A stretch of 64,000 nt of DNA from Candidatus Omnitrophota bacterium (GCA_043814965.1 JBDRJN010000017.1:6038-70037), one strand, 5' to 3'. Shown: positions 46,673-57,300, numbered from the stretch's first letter. Program-made: numbers and translations. Notes: generated from the sequence alone by a model not told the origin.

Positions 46673-46718
46673 AACATGTAGCGTAGGGGAGCCTTAAGGC
46701 TCCCCTACATGTTTTATG
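46673..46718 (+). terminator. rho-independent terminator after pckG; it contains the REP-like palindrome GCGTAGGGGAGCC-TTAA-GGCTCCCCTAC
   Basis: Long GC-rich stem followed by a TTTTAT run. Confidence 0.6.
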
Positions 46719-46797
46719 GGGTGTTTTGCGATTAATTTAGATTGCAAGTGGTTTTTTCTTAGTATAAAATATAATGCATAGGAGATAAGAAGATATT

Positions 46798-47418
46798 ATG
46801 AATAAGATCGTCCACGAGTTAAGGCACCACATGCCTTTTACTGCTATTGGCGCAGTGAGCGGTATAGCCTTGATGCTGATTTTTAAAAACATGTCCCATG
46901 AAACCGCGCATAGCATGTTTTATGTATTTCATCCACTGCATGTCTTATTGAGCGCGCTTGTGACAGCCTCTCTTTTTAAACTTCATACCTGCCCTAAAGG
47001 AGAAGGAAAAAAATGCAACCTCCCCATTTTATTTTTAATAGGATTCATAGGTTCTATAGGCGTAGCGACCCTGAGTGATTCGACATTGCCTTATTTAGGA
47101 GAGATACTGCTTGATATGCCTAACCGCCATCACCATATCGGATTCATAGAAGAGTGGCCCCTTATATCAGGTATGGCTATAATCGGCATAATAATCGCGT
47201 ATTTTAATCCTTCTACAAAGTTCCCTCACGCGGGCCATGTCCTGGTAAGCACCTGGGCATCGCTTTTTCATATTATCATGGCTAAAGGCGGCAATATGAA
47301 TGTATTTATTTATATCGGAATATTTTTGTTTTTATTCCTTGCAGTGTGGCTTCCGTGCTGTATAAGCGATATAGTCTTTCCGCTTTTATTTATAAAGGAT
47401 AGTAAAAAATCTAAATAG
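46798..47418 (+). CDS. hypothetical membrane protein
   Basis: Five to six hydrophobic helices, His-rich. Confidence 0.35.
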   Translation: MNKIVHELRHHMPFTAIGAVSGIALMLIFKNMSHETAHSMFYVFHPLHVLLSALVTASLFKLHTCPKGEGKKCNLPILFLIGFIGSIGVATLSDSTLPYLGEILLDMPNRHHHIGFIEEWPLISGMAIIGIIIAYFNPSTKFPHAGHVLVSTWASLFHIIMAKGGNMNVFIYIGIFLFLFLAVWLPCCISDIVFPLLFIKDSKKSK

Positions 47419-47449
47419 TTATATATTACAACGATAGGAGAGAGGGCAC

Positions 47450-47866
47450 ATGATAAAGAAGATAACGCTGGGAAAAGAGATCTATGTAGGAGTAGTAAAT
47501 GAACCTGGGGTGCTTTCCAGGATAACGTCTTTTTTAGTTAACCATAGCATCAACATAGAAGCGATCCTGGGGTATACTACAGAAGTCGGACAGGATGCGG
47601 GCCTTCTTTTCATAACAGATAATAACAAAGCTGCGATCGACGCTTTTTTAGATTCGGGAGTCACTGATATCAGGGAAAACGATGTCTTGATAGTAGAATT
47701 GGAAAATAGCCCAGGCGCGTTGAAGAACATATCAGAGGTATTGGCTCAAAGCGGCATCAATATCACATATATCTATGCTACTACTTGCGGGACAAGGGGA
47801 TGCCCTGTAAAAGTGATACTTTCAACAACTAGCAATCTAGAAGCAGCTCAGTTATTGAAAGGCTGA
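47450..47866 (+). CDS. tandem ACT-domain protein
   Basis: Two beta-alpha-beta-beta-alpha-beta-like ACT repeats (VVNEPGVLSRITSFL, LENSPGALKNISEVL). Confidence 0.55.
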   Translation: MIKKITLGKEIYVGVVNEPGVLSRITSFLVNHSINIEAILGYTTEVGQDAGLLFITDNNKAAIDAFLDSGVTDIRENDVLIVELENSPGALKNISEVLAQSGINITYIYATTCGTRGCPVKVILSTTSNLEAAQLLKG

Positions 47867-48657
47867 TGAAAAAGTTTAAGGATATAGCCATACGAACTGC
47901 TAAAAAAGCAGGGGAAATACATAAGAAGTATTTTCGTAAGGATATCAGGGTCAGAAGAAAAACCAAGTCTTATGACCTTGTGACCATAGTAGACGTGGAG
48001 TCTGAAAAAGCCATCGTTTCCTTAATAAAAAAATATTTTCCGGACCATAATATCTTAGCCGAAGAGAATATTTATAAAAAGACTTCCTCAGAATACACCT
48101 GGGTTATAGACCCGCTTGATGGTACAAATAATTTTTCTCATGGCCTTCCGATATTCTGTGTATCCATCGCTCTGGCTAAAAATAATGATGTTATCCTGGG
48201 AGTTGTATACGACCCTATCAAAGATGAACTCTTTTATGCTGAAAAGAATAAAGGCGCGTATCTAAATGGGATTCCTATCAAAGTAAGTAGCGTTGATAAG
48301 CTTAACAGAGCGCTTTTAGTGACTGGATTTTATTATGATAGGGGTAAGGAAATGATAGAGGCTTTAGAGGCTATAAAAAGATTTTTTTATCAGAAGATCA
48401 TAGGTCTACGTAGATTTGGCGCAGCTGCTTTAGACTTATGTTATGTAGCATGCGGGAGGGTGACTGGTTTTTGGGAGTTCAAGCTCAGCCCGTGGGATTT
48501 TGCAGCAGGAAAATTGATAGTAGAAGAAGCAGGCGGCAAGGTAACGAATAAATATGGCAAGAAGCTAGAGCTAAAAAATTCCTTCATTGTAGCAAGTAAC
48601 TCCAGGATACATAGAAAGATGTTAAAGATTATTACCGCTGTTAACTTGCGCGGTTGA
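47866..48657 (+). CDS. suhB: inositol monophosphatase family protein
   Basis: IMPase motifs (EEN..., WVIDPLDGTNNF, a WDxAAG-like WDFAAG). Confidence 0.8.
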   Translation: MKKFKDIAIRTAKKAGEIHKKYFRKDIRVRRKTKSYDLVTIVDVESEKAIVSLIKKYFPDHNILAEENIYKKTSSEYTWVIDPLDGTNNFSHGLPIFCVSIALAKNNDVILGVVYDPIKDELFYAEKNKGAYLNGIPIKVSSVDKLNRALLVTGFYYDRGKEMIEALEAIKRFFYQKIIGLRRFGAAALDLCYVACGRVTGFWEFKLSPWDFAAGKLIVEEAGGKVTNKYGKKLELKNSFIVASNSRIHRKMLKIITAVNLRG

Positions 48658-48849
48658 CGGTACCCTTGTTTTAAGGTATATAATAGGTATAATATAATGT
48701 AATAACTAATTGTACTAGCGGTGGCTGAGGGCTTAATAAATTTTTTATTAAGATAAAAAATTTAAGCAATCTCTTGACAAATTCAAAATTTTTAGTAAAA
48801 TTTCTTTAGTAGGATGTGATTTTAGGTACTATAGTGCGGAGGCTTTGAC

Positions 48850-49812
48850 GTGATAGAAGTAAAATCAGTCAGCATGGATTATGGCAAGACCAAGGCGCTC
48901 AATAAAGTGTCTTTTGTAGCAGAAAAGACAAAGATATTAGGCCTCTTAGGCCCGAATGGCGCAGGCAAGACCACTCTCATGCGCATCCTCACAAGCTACA
49001 TCTCTCCTTCGGAAGGAACAGCCATAATAGGCGGTTTCGATGTCACGCAAAACCCCCTTGAAGTAAGAAAACTCATTGGATACATGCCTGAAAGCGTACC
49101 TTTATATGATGATATGATGGTAGATGAGTATCTTATTTTTATTGGTAAGGCAAGGGGGCTTAGAGGAGATAAATTAAGAGAAAGGCTTCGCTGGGTAAAG
49201 GAAAAATGCGACATAGGAAGCATCTGGAAACATACTATCTCTGAGATATCCAAGGGTTATCGTCAGAGAGTAGGACTCGCGCAGGCGCTTATACATGACC
49301 CGCAAGTTCTAATACTTGATGAACCTACTGCGGGATTAGACCCTCTCCAGATAATAAGCATCCGAAGGCTGGTCCAGGAATTAGCCCAGAATAAGACGAT
49401 CATATTTTCAACTCATATACTCCAGGAAGTCGAGGCATTAGCTGACAGGATAGTGATGCTCAATAGAGGCCACTTGATAGCCAATGGCACTCGCAGAGAG
49501 ATCGCCCAGCTTGCAACAAAAGGAGAGCATATCACATTAATAGTCGAGGCCCCAGAGGATGATGTAAAAAATGTTTTACAGGCAGAAGAGACCATAGATG
49601 AACTGCAGTTTTTAGGCGTAGAGTCCAATAAATATTCCAGGTTCTCGATCAGCGCAAAGACAGGTAAGCCGGTCCTCCAGAGGCTTAATGAGATAATAGA
49701 GGAAAAGAAATGGAACATAAGAGAGTTAAAGCGCGAGCAGGCAAGCCTAGAAGAGGCTTTTATATGGCTTTTGAGTAAAGATAAAGGAAAGGACCAGATC
49801 AGTCAGCCATGA
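48850..49812 (+). CDS. ABC transporter ATP-binding protein (GldA-like)
   Basis: Walker A GPNGAGKTT, signature ISKGYRQR, Walker B LILDEP. Confidence 0.75.
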   Translation: MIEVKSVSMDYGKTKALNKVSFVAEKTKILGLLGPNGAGKTTLMRILTSYISPSEGTAIIGGFDVTQNPLEVRKLIGYMPESVPLYDDMMVDEYLIFIGKARGLRGDKLRERLRWVKEKCDIGSIWKHTISEISKGYRQRVGLAQALIHDPQVLILDEPTAGLDPLQIISIRRLVQELAQNKTIIFSTHILQEVEALADRIVMLNRGHLIANGTRREIAQLATKGEHITLIVEAPEDDVKNVLQAEETIDELQFLGVESNKYSRFSISAKTGKPVLQRLNEIIEEKKWNIRELKREQASLEEAFIWLLSKDKGKDQISQP

Positions 49813-52271
49813 GAAACATATTTACTATCTTTAGCAGGGAAATAAAGGCATTTTTCAGTTCACCGATAGCTTATATATTTATAGTGGTATTTCTCTTTAT
49901 ATCTGTAGGGATGTTCATGACGCAGTTCTTTATAGTCTCTGATGCGAGTATGAGGGGATTTTTTTATAGCTTTCCTATGATATTATGCATCTTTCTTCCA
50001 GCTATCACGATGAGGCTCTGGTCAGAGGACAGAAAAGGCAATACCATGGAGCTATTGCTCACTTTTCCTATAAAGACACATGAGCTTGTTATAGGAAAGT
50101 TCTTGGCAAGCTTTGTATTTTATATAATCGCTCTTATCTCAACCCTTACTGTACCTATAATGATCATGATATTAGGCAAGCCTGATACTGGTGTGATCTT
50201 ATGCCAGTATCTCGGCGCAATACTCCTCGGAGGGTTCTTTTTGTCTTTGGGGGTATTTGTATCAGGTTTTTGCAAGGATCAGATAGTCTCGTTTATCTTA
50301 TCAATGATGGCATGTTTTATGTTCTTTATGCTGGGAACAGATTTTGCTATTACTCCTATAGACGGATGGATACCCGGGTTAGGGACATTTTTCAAGAATT
50401 CTCTTGGCATGGTACAGCATTTTGCATCGTTCCAGAAAGGCGTTATAGACGCTAGAGACCTCTTGTACTTTATTATAGGTACTGTTATCTTTCTCACGCT
50501 CAATGGGTTCTGGCTTGAGACAAGGCTCAAGGTAAAAGCAAAATCAATGTTTACAGCAGCAGGCCTTATAAGTCTTGCTATATTTATTGTAGTAAACCTG
50601 ATCCTTATTGATATGCCTATAGGCAGGTCTGATTTTACAGAAGGCAGGATCTATACAATATCCAAGGCAACGGGCGGTATATTAGAGGACCTCAAGGCCC
50701 CTATCACAGTAAAGCTGTATATCTCTCCCTCAGACAAGATGCCCTCAGGCCTAAAGACCCTGGAAAGAGACGTGAGGGATAAACTTGATGAGTTCAAGAT
50801 CGCTTCAAAGGGAAATTTTAACTATAAGGTATTTCACCTGGAAGCAGCTAATGTGATGAAGGAAGAAGAGGATTCTCTTGAAAAGTCTATACAAAAAAAA
50901 GGCGTCAAGCCATTCCAGGTAAGGAGCGTCGAGGCAGATGAAGTCGGGGTAAAGCTCATATATTCAGCTTTATCTATAGCCTATAAGGAAAAATCAGAAG
51001 AGATCATTCCCAGGGTCATGCCAGGCAATCTTCTTGAGCTCGAGTATCTTTTGATATCAAAGATATACAAGATGACCCTTGAGGATGAATCCAGGGTCGC
51101 TTTAGTCGCGCCTTTTAAGGAAAAGATAAAGGAAGATAAGTTAAAGGATGTGATGGAGGAGCTGGGAGATACTGAAAAAGAGGTCCTTAGAGAAGATGAC
51201 TATGAATATATAGTGAAATTACTTGAGTATGAGGGGTATGCAGTCTCAAGAATAGATCTTTCAAGAAAAGAACCAATACCTGACGGGACAGATACACTTA
51301 TTGTCATAGAGCCAAAAGAGCTCAATGACAGGCAGCGCTATGAGATCAATAAATTCCTGGTAAATGGCGGATCCGTATTTTTAGGTATACAGAATAATGA
51401 ATTCGAATACACTACTGCTGGCCCGGGCACACTTACAATAAGCGCTGTTGACAAAAAGCCGGAAATAAATACCTTGCTTGAAAAATGGGGCCTTGGCGTC
51501 AATAAGGATATACTGATGGATACCAATATCGATATAGTGCAGCTTACGGGAAGTAAACTCTTTGGCATAATCCCTGTCTCAGCTCCAGTAAAACTCCCGA
51601 TGCAGATAAAGATAATCGCGGAACAGATGAATAGAGACCTCTCTATAACCTCAAGGCTTGACATGCTTTTTTATCTATGGGGGAGCGCGCTTAACATAGA
51701 TTCTAAAAAGATAGAGGAGTTGAAGCTCAAAAAAGACATACTTTTTACATCAAGCAAAGAGGCATGGGAGGTAAAGTTCCATGAGGGAGAGCTTACGAAT
51801 GAGGATCTCAGCGCCCCTTCTCCTATGAAACAAAAGACATTTCCTTTGGCAGTGTTGGTACAGGGCCAGTTCCCTGATGCTTATGATGGGAAAGATGCCC
51901 CCAGATGGCCTCAAGGTCCTGAAGGCGAGGAAAGCTATGATGTAGAAGAGAAGAAGATAGGCTCTTCTCCTAAGCCCGGCAAATTGATCCTTACAGGGTG
52001 TTCCAAGATGCTTACTAAAGAACTCTTTGATAAGGGCGGGCACATGTCTTTCTTGCTTAATTCTATAGATACTATCACTCTCGGTGAAAAGCTTATTGGT
52101 GTAAGAAGCAAACAAAGCATAGATCGTACCTTAAAAAGACTTAGCTCTGCCAGCAAAGCCTGGTGGAGGGTATTCAGTACATTTTTAGTTCCAATAGGAT
52201 TGTGTGTGCTCGGGGCGTTCAGGATAATAGCAAGAAAACGCTCCAAGTGGGCATACCTAAAAAGCGTTTGA
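49809..52271 (+). CDS. ABC-2 permease fused to a GldG-like periplasmic domain
   Basis: N-terminal 6-TM ABC-2 permease (GldF-like), large extracytoplasmic domain, C-terminal TM anchor; translationally coupled to the ATPase gene. Confidence 0.6.
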   Translation: MRNIFTIFSREIKAFFSSPIAYIFIVVFLFISVGMFMTQFFIVSDASMRGFFYSFPMILCIFLPAITMRLWSEDRKGNTMELLLTFPIKTHELVIGKFLASFVFYIIALISTLTVPIMIMILGKPDTGVILCQYLGAILLGGFFLSLGVFVSGFCKDQIVSFILSMMACFMFFMLGTDFAITPIDGWIPGLGTFFKNSLGMVQHFASFQKGVIDARDLLYFIIGTVIFLTLNGFWLETRLKVKAKSMFTAAGLISLAIFIVVNLILIDMPIGRSDFTEGRIYTISKATGGILEDLKAPITVKLYISPSDKMPSGLKTLERDVRDKLDEFKIASKGNFNYKVFHLEAANVMKEEEDSLEKSIQKKGVKPFQVRSVEADEVGVKLIYSALSIAYKEKSEEIIPRVMPGNLLELEYLLISKIYKMTLEDESRVALVAPFKEKIKEDKLKDVMEELGDTEKEVLREDDYEYIVKLLEYEGYAVSRIDLSRKEPIPDGTDTLIVIEPKELNDRQRYEINKFLVNGGSVFLGIQNNEFEYTTAGPGTLTISAVDKKPEINTLLEKWGLGVNKDILMDTNIDIVQLTGSKLFGIIPVSAPVKLPMQIKIIAEQMNRDLSITSRLDMLFYLWGSALNIDSKKIEELKLKKDILFTSSKEAWEVKFHEGELTNEDLSAPSPMKQKTFPLAVLVQGQFPDAYDGKDAPRWPQGPEGEESYDVEEKKIGSSPKPGKLILTGCSKMLTKELFDKGGHMSFLLNSIDTITLGEKLIGVRSKQSIDRTLKRLSSASKAWWRVFSTFLVPIGLCVLGAFRIIARKRSKWAYLKSV

Positions 52272-52278
52272 TCAGCTT

Positions 52279-53640
52279 ATGAAAAAAAAAGACATTATAA
52301 TACTTGGTGTGATCCTGGCGGCTTTATTGGGTATATTTTTTGCCAAAAATATATTTATGAAACCAGAGGTAGAGACAGCGGAATATACTGCCTTGGAGCT
52401 TTCTATTGACACTCCTGACATTACTTCCATAGAGATCAAAAGAAACGATCAAGAACTCTTAAAACTAGAGAAAAAAGGAGAAGGCTGGTCCATGCCTTCA
52501 AAGTGGGATATGAGGGCCAAGGCCAGTAAAGCCGAGGAATTCTTAAATAGCTTTTCAGGGCTTAAAGGAGAGCTCCGCTCGAAGACAGATAAACTCTTTT
52601 CTGATTATGGTATTTCGGACGAAGATGGTATATCTATAACAATGCTTAATAAGGATAATGAGATAAAAAACCAGCTTATAATAGGCATTGAAAAGCCTCA
52701 ACAGGAAGGGAATTTTCTTAGAGAACGCGATTCAAAGAAGGTGTATCTTGTGGATAAAGACATATTAGGCATAGTTGGCATGAGCGACCCAAAAGAAGGC
52801 GCTCTCGATATCGACAGCTGGTATGACCTTTCAATAGTAGATTTTAACGCTGATGATATAGAAGGCCTGGAGGTCTTTAGGTATGATGGCGAAAAAGAAT
52901 CAATGCAGCTTGATATCAAAAAGGAGCTCGATGAAGAAAGAGACCTTAAGAAATGGATCGTAAAAAGCGGTGAAGCGCTCTTTGATATTGATGCTAAAAA
53001 GATAAAAGACCATATAAATAAGATAAAGGATATTGAGGCTGCAAAGGTAGTCGATCCTGAAGAAGACTATGGATTTAGCAGTCCGTTTATAAGAGTGAGC
53101 CTTTTAAAAGAAGGAGAACCTATAGAGCTTTTTGTAGGCAATGAAAAGGATGACGCTGGAGATAGATATGTCAAAAACCAGGAAGGCCATGTATTTTTAG
53201 TACGTAGATATAATATAAACAATCTTAATATAGATATAAGCAAGTTCTTTATAGATAATCCGCTAAGAATGGATAAGGATAAGATCGAATCCATAGATAT
53301 CAAGGCAAAAGACAGGGCTATTAGTATCAAGAAAGAACTGCTGGATAAAAATACATCATATATAAATAAATTAAAGAGATTCGAGATAGAAAATATAGTA
53401 TTCGATGATAAATATGCCAAGTCTTTTAAATCAAAGCCGGATCATTACATTACTATCAAAAGAGATGACTCAGCTATCACATTGGAAGCTGTAAAGCTTG
53501 AAGATGAAGATATCATCCTTGGCAAGATAAGCGGCAAAGATACTATATTCAAGATGACTAAGAGCGTCTTCGAGAGGGTATTTGACGGACTTGACAGTAT
53601 AAAGCTAGAAGAAGAGGAAGTAAAAGAAAAGAAAGACTGA
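52279..53640 (+). CDS. DUF4340-like protein (GldG partner), N-terminal TM anchor
   Basis: Position and architecture are typical of DUF4340 genes that follow GldG; acidic repeats. Confidence 0.45.
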   Translation: MKKKDIIILGVILAALLGIFFAKNIFMKPEVETAEYTALELSIDTPDITSIEIKRNDQELLKLEKKGEGWSMPSKWDMRAKASKAEEFLNSFSGLKGELRSKTDKLFSDYGISDEDGISITMLNKDNEIKNQLIIGIEKPQQEGNFLRERDSKKVYLVDKDILGIVGMSDPKEGALDIDSWYDLSIVDFNADDIEGLEVFRYDGEKESMQLDIKKELDEERDLKKWIVKSGEALFDIDAKKIKDHINKIKDIEAAKVVDPEEDYGFSSPFIRVSLLKEGEPIELFVGNEKDDAGDRYVKNQEGHVFLVRRYNINNLNIDISKFFIDNPLRMDKDKIESIDIKAKDRAISIKKELLDKNTSYINKLKRFEIENIVFDDKYAKSFKSKPDHYITIKRDDSAITLEAVKLEDEDIILGKISGKDTIFKMTKSVFERVFDGLDSIKLEEEEVKEKKD

Positions 53641-53727
53641 CAATTGATAGTAGACATATAGATATCATTGATAGGCCTCGAGCAAATTCCAGCTTGAGGT
53701 TTTTTATTTATAAATAGGGCTATATAC

Positions 53728-54066
53728 ATGACGGCATATAAGAAATATTTTATTTTTGGACTAATATTAGGCATTTTGTGTGTTTTTTATGGCCCAGACT
53801 TAGCCTATGGCCGCGATAAGGACGAATGGCTGGGAGGGGACAAGGCGCTTCATTGCGGGGTTTCTTTCGCGCTAGAGACCGTAGGATATAATATATATAA
53901 GAAAAATACAAGCCTGGATGATAGTGAGGCAAGGATAGCTTCTTTTACTTCGACATTATTTATAGGATTCGTAAAGGAATTTCTTGATAGAAGATTCAGC
54001 TGGAAAGATATCGGGGCTGATGCAATAGGCGCTGGCGCTGGAGCAGCGCTGTCATTGGAATTTTGA
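53728..54066 (+). CDS. small secreted or membrane protein
   Basis: Signal peptide; Gly/Ala-rich C-terminus. Confidence 0.35.
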   Translation: MTAYKKYFIFGLILGILCVFYGPDLAYGRDKDEWLGGDKALHCGVSFALETVGYNIYKKNTSLDDSEARIASFTSTLFIGFVKEFLDRRFSWKDIGADAIGAGAGAALSLEF

Positions 54067-54075
54067 TGAGTAAAA

Positions 54076-54174
54076 GCGTAGGGCAGGTTTAAACCTGCCC
54101 TACGACTAAATGACAAATCAAATTAAAATTTTTGTCATTAACTTAATTGTAGGGGGGCCTTAAGGCTCCCCTAC
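54076..54174. repeat. cluster of three intergenic hairpins including two REP-like GCGTAGGG...CCCTAC palindromes
   Basis: 54076-54104 GCGTAGGGCAGG-TTTAAA-CCTGCCCTACG; 54109-54139 AATGACAAA...TTTGTCATT; 54149-54174 GTAGGGGGGCC-TTAA-GGCTCCCCTAC, nearly identical to 46684-46709. Confidence 0.6.
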
Positions 54175-54876
54175 TTGAATAACGAGGAGGTGGAGATGAA
54201 AAAGATCTTAAGTATCGCGTTAGTTTTTTTAGTGGCAATGTTCTTTATTGTTCCCAGTGGGTTTACGCAGGATGGCATGGAACAGCTTAAAGCAGAGAAT
54301 CAGAAGTTAAAGCAGGTTATAAGGGATCTAGAGAGAAAGCTGCAATCTATGGATCAAAGCGGATATGGCCAAGGTGGTTCTGAAGAGGCTTCTTATAGCA
54401 CAGGAAATGAGGGGAGTTATAGTGAAGGCTATACAGGTGAAGCAGGAGAGGTTTCTCAAGATATGCCGCCCAAGAGTATAGTAGATAGGCCATGGGAGAA
54501 GAAAGCAGATATTAATCAAGATGGCGTAGTAGATCAGACTGAGATGGGCCAATGGAAAGATAGGTCTCAAGGTAGAGGCAATCCTCCTGGACCTCAGGGA
54601 GGACCAGGAGCTGGCCCTAGATTTGAAGGACAGGGTAATCCTCCAGGTCCAGCTGGCGGCCCTGGTAAAGGCCCTAGGCCAGAAGGTATAAACCCTCCGG
54701 GCCCAAAAGGCGGACCAGGCGCTGGACAGAAATTTGAAGGCCGAAGCAATCCACCTGGACCAAAAGGCGGCCCTGGTAAAGGACCTAGATTCGAAGGTAA
54801 AGGCAACCCTCCAGAGCCTAAGGGCGGGCCAGGCCGAGGTAATCCTCCAGGTCTAAAAGGCGGCAAGAAACGCTAG
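54175..54876 (+). CDS. secreted protein with EF-hand/dockerin-like Ca-binding motif and five or six collagen-like GNPPGPxGGPGxGPRFEG repeats
   Basis: Signal peptide, coiled-coil segment, DINQDGVVDQTE motif, then ~19-aa Gly/Pro repeats. Confidence 0.6.
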   Translation: MNNEEVEMKKILSIALVFLVAMFFIVPSGFTQDGMEQLKAENQKLKQVIRDLERKLQSMDQSGYGQGGSEEASYSTGNEGSYSEGYTGEAGEVSQDMPPKSIVDRPWEKKADINQDGVVDQTEMGQWKDRSQGRGNPPGPQGGPGAGPRFEGQGNPPGPAGGPGKGPRPEGINPPGPKGGPGAGQKFEGRSNPPGPKGGPGKGPRFEGKGNPPEPKGGPGRGNPPGLKGGKKR

Positions 54877-54977
54877 ATAATAAATATTTTTGATAAAAAG
54901 GCTTCTCTATTTTAATATGATAGAGAGGCCTTTTTGTTGTATTGCAATATGTATATATAATTGTTATAATATAAAAA

Positions 54978-55550
54978 ATGCCTAAAGAAATAGAGACCAA
55001 ATTTAAGATAACTTCCCCGCGCGAGATAAGAACTTTACTTAAAAAGATAAAAGCTAGATTTACCATCAAACAACTGGAAAAAGATATCTATTATAAAGTT
55101 CCAGGCGCCCTTTCCAGAATAAATTCCATTAGATTAAGAAAGATAAGTAAAAAAGACGGCTTATTTACTATAAAGTCTTTGACAAAAGATAACCCCGGGG
55201 GGATATTCAAGGTGCTTGATGAAAAAGAGATGCCTATATCTGAAGTTGAAAGATTCAAAAATATACTTAAGGCTCTTGGTTTTGAAATAGCTTTTAGAAA
55301 AGAGAAAAGAAGGGAGATATATTCATATAGCTCGACAAAGATCACTTTAGATAAACTGCCTTTTATAGGGTGGTATCTGGAGATAGAAGGTTCAAAAAAT
55401 AATATAAAAAAGTTAGCAAAACTCTTATGTCTTGATATGAATAGCGCTATCCCAGGGACATATATGAGCATATTTAACGAGTATAGAAAACACCATAAAA
55501 GAAAAGACTTGGAGCTTACATTTGAAAATGAAAGACACAACTTACCTTGA
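54978..55550 (+). CDS. CYTH-domain protein (triphosphate tunnel metalloenzyme / class IV adenylate cyclase-like)
   Basis: N-terminal EIETKF motif and alternating charged beta-strands of the CYTH barrel. Confidence 0.6.
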   Translation: MPKEIETKFKITSPREIRTLLKKIKARFTIKQLEKDIYYKVPGALSRINSIRLRKISKKDGLFTIKSLTKDNPGGIFKVLDEKEMPISEVERFKNILKALGFEIAFRKEKRREIYSYSSTKITLDKLPFIGWYLEIEGSKNNIKKLAKLLCLDMNSAIPGTYMSIFNEYRKHHKRKDLELTFENERHNLP

Positions 55551-56088
55551 GCTAGTAGAACTAGCCCTAAAACATAATAAAAAGACCTTGTGTGATTTTA
55601 AGGGTAAAAGCATGGCCCCTGCATTGAAAGACGGCATGAAGGCCATGGTAGGGAATATAGCCCCTGAAGAGATAAGAAATGGGGATATAATACTTTATAG
55701 ACAAAATGCAGCATTGATCATCCATAGAGTCATAAAGATATTAAAGGAGGGCGGGGGTAAAAGGACATTTATTACCAAAGGAGATAATCACGCTTATATG
55801 GACGCAGCGTATATTCCCGAAGAAGATTTGCTAGGAAAGATCACGGGTGCTTTTTTTGAAGACAACATGGATGTAAATTTATTAATCGAAAGTAGATTTA
55901 TAGAGATTTTATATGTTATAATGGGAAACATAGCGTTACTCTTAAGAAACAATAGAAGATCCGTACCCAGCTTTATAAGAGCTATCTTTAAAAAGATAGT
56001 AGGAGGATTTTTTATAATACTTAAAAGTCTTATTCATTTTATATATATAAGGATACAAAATGGACAGATGTTATCTAGAAGACCCTAG
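55522..56088 (+). CDS. S26/S24-family peptidase (SipW/signal-peptidase-I-like)
   Basis: Nucleophile motif KGKSMAPAL (GxSMxP) and box-D-like KGDNHAY; overlaps the neighbouring genes by 29 nt on each side. Confidence 0.6.
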   Translation: MKMKDTTYLELVELALKHNKKTLCDFKGKSMAPALKDGMKAMVGNIAPEEIRNGDIILYRQNAALIIHRVIKILKEGGGKRTFITKGDNHAYMDAAYIPEEDLLGKITGAFFEDNMDVNLLIESRFIEILYVIMGNIALLLRNNRRSVPSFIRAIFKKIVGGFFIILKSLIHFIYIRIQNGQMLSRRP

Positions 56089-57208
56089 CTTATATAGAGG
56101 AAATAGTAGATATGCGTTAGGAACAGTATATCTATATTCTAAATACTGCAACCTAAAATGCAGGCACTGCTGGATAAATCCGCCTTATTCAAGCGAGAGG
56201 ACACTGAAAAAAGGTGAGATAACCCTTGATGAGATGATCCTGGTTTTGGAAGAATGTAGAGAGATAGGTATGAGGAGCGTTAAGCTCTCAGGCGGAGAGC
56301 CTTTTACAAGGCCTGATATATTTCAATTGCTAGAATACCTAAAAGAAAAAAAACTTGGTATAACTATAGAGACCAATGGCATTGCTATAAGAGAAAAAGA
56401 GGCTAAGGCATTGAAAGATGCTGGGGCAGGACACGTAGCTATATCACTGGATGGCCCTACTGCCGAGATGCATGAAAATATAAGAGGGGTTGAGGGTTCT
56501 TTCGAAGATACATTAGAAGGGATCAGGTATATCAAAAAGGAAGGCCTTAACTTACAGATCATAATCTCTCTCTGGAAGGGCAACAAGGATCACATAAAGT
56601 CCACTATTAATCTCGCAAAAGCGCTTGGAGCGAATTCAGTAAAGATAAATCCTATCAATAGCATTGCCCGGGCAGACATAATGCATGAAAGAGAAGAGGC
56701 ATTGAGCGTGAGGGAGACTATAGAGTTTTACAGGTCTCTCAGGGAAGGCCTCAAGAAAGAGCCAAAAATAAATGTGATATTTGATATCCCCCCTGTCTTT
56801 AGGCCATTTATAAATATGAGATTAGAAAGTCTTTGCGTGTGCGGCATCTTTAATATACTCGGCATATTAGGTGACGGGAGGGTCTCTATATGCGGCATAG
56901 GCTCTAGCTCCGAGACGCTCATTTTAGGAAAAGTTGGTAAAGACAGCATTAAAGACATCTGGGAAAACCACCCTGTATTAAAAGAGATCAGAGTTAATAT
57001 ACCTGGCAAACTGGAAGGGATCTGCGGGAGATGTATATTTAAGACATATTGCCTTGGTAAATGCAGGGCTGAGGCGTATTATACGAGCGGTTCACTCCTA
57101 GCGCCGTTAACGTTTTGTGAAGTCGCGTATAAAGAAGGGATGTTTCCTGAGTCGAGGATAATTAATAATATCAAAGATCAAAATGTAAAAAGCAAAATTA
57201 CAAATTAA
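56060..57208 (+). CDS. radical SAM / SPASM-domain peptide-modifying enzyme 1
   Basis: CNLKCRHC (Cx3Cx2C), GGEPF, and a C-terminal Cys-rich SPASM region (CVCG...CGIG...CGRC...CLGKC). Confidence 0.8.
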   Translation: MDRCYLEDPSLYRGNSRYALGTVYLYSKYCNLKCRHCWINPPYSSERTLKKGEITLDEMILVLEECREIGMRSVKLSGGEPFTRPDIFQLLEYLKEKKLGITIETNGIAIREKEAKALKDAGAGHVAISLDGPTAEMHENIRGVEGSFEDTLEGIRYIKKEGLNLQIIISLWKGNKDHIKSTINLAKALGANSVKINPINSIARADIMHEREEALSVRETIEFYRSLREGLKKEPKINVIFDIPPVFRPFINMRLESLCVCGIFNILGILGDGRVSICGIGSSSETLILGKVGKDSIKDIWENHPVLKEIRVNIPGKLEGICGRCIFKTYCLGKCRAEAYYTSGSLLAPLTFCEVAYKEGMFPESRIINNIKDQNVKSKITN

Positions 57209-57300
57209 AATTCAAAAATAAATTTTCTAAAAAAAGGGATTTATAATTTTAAATTTTTATATGTAATTTTGATATTTAATCTTTAATATTTGATTTTATT

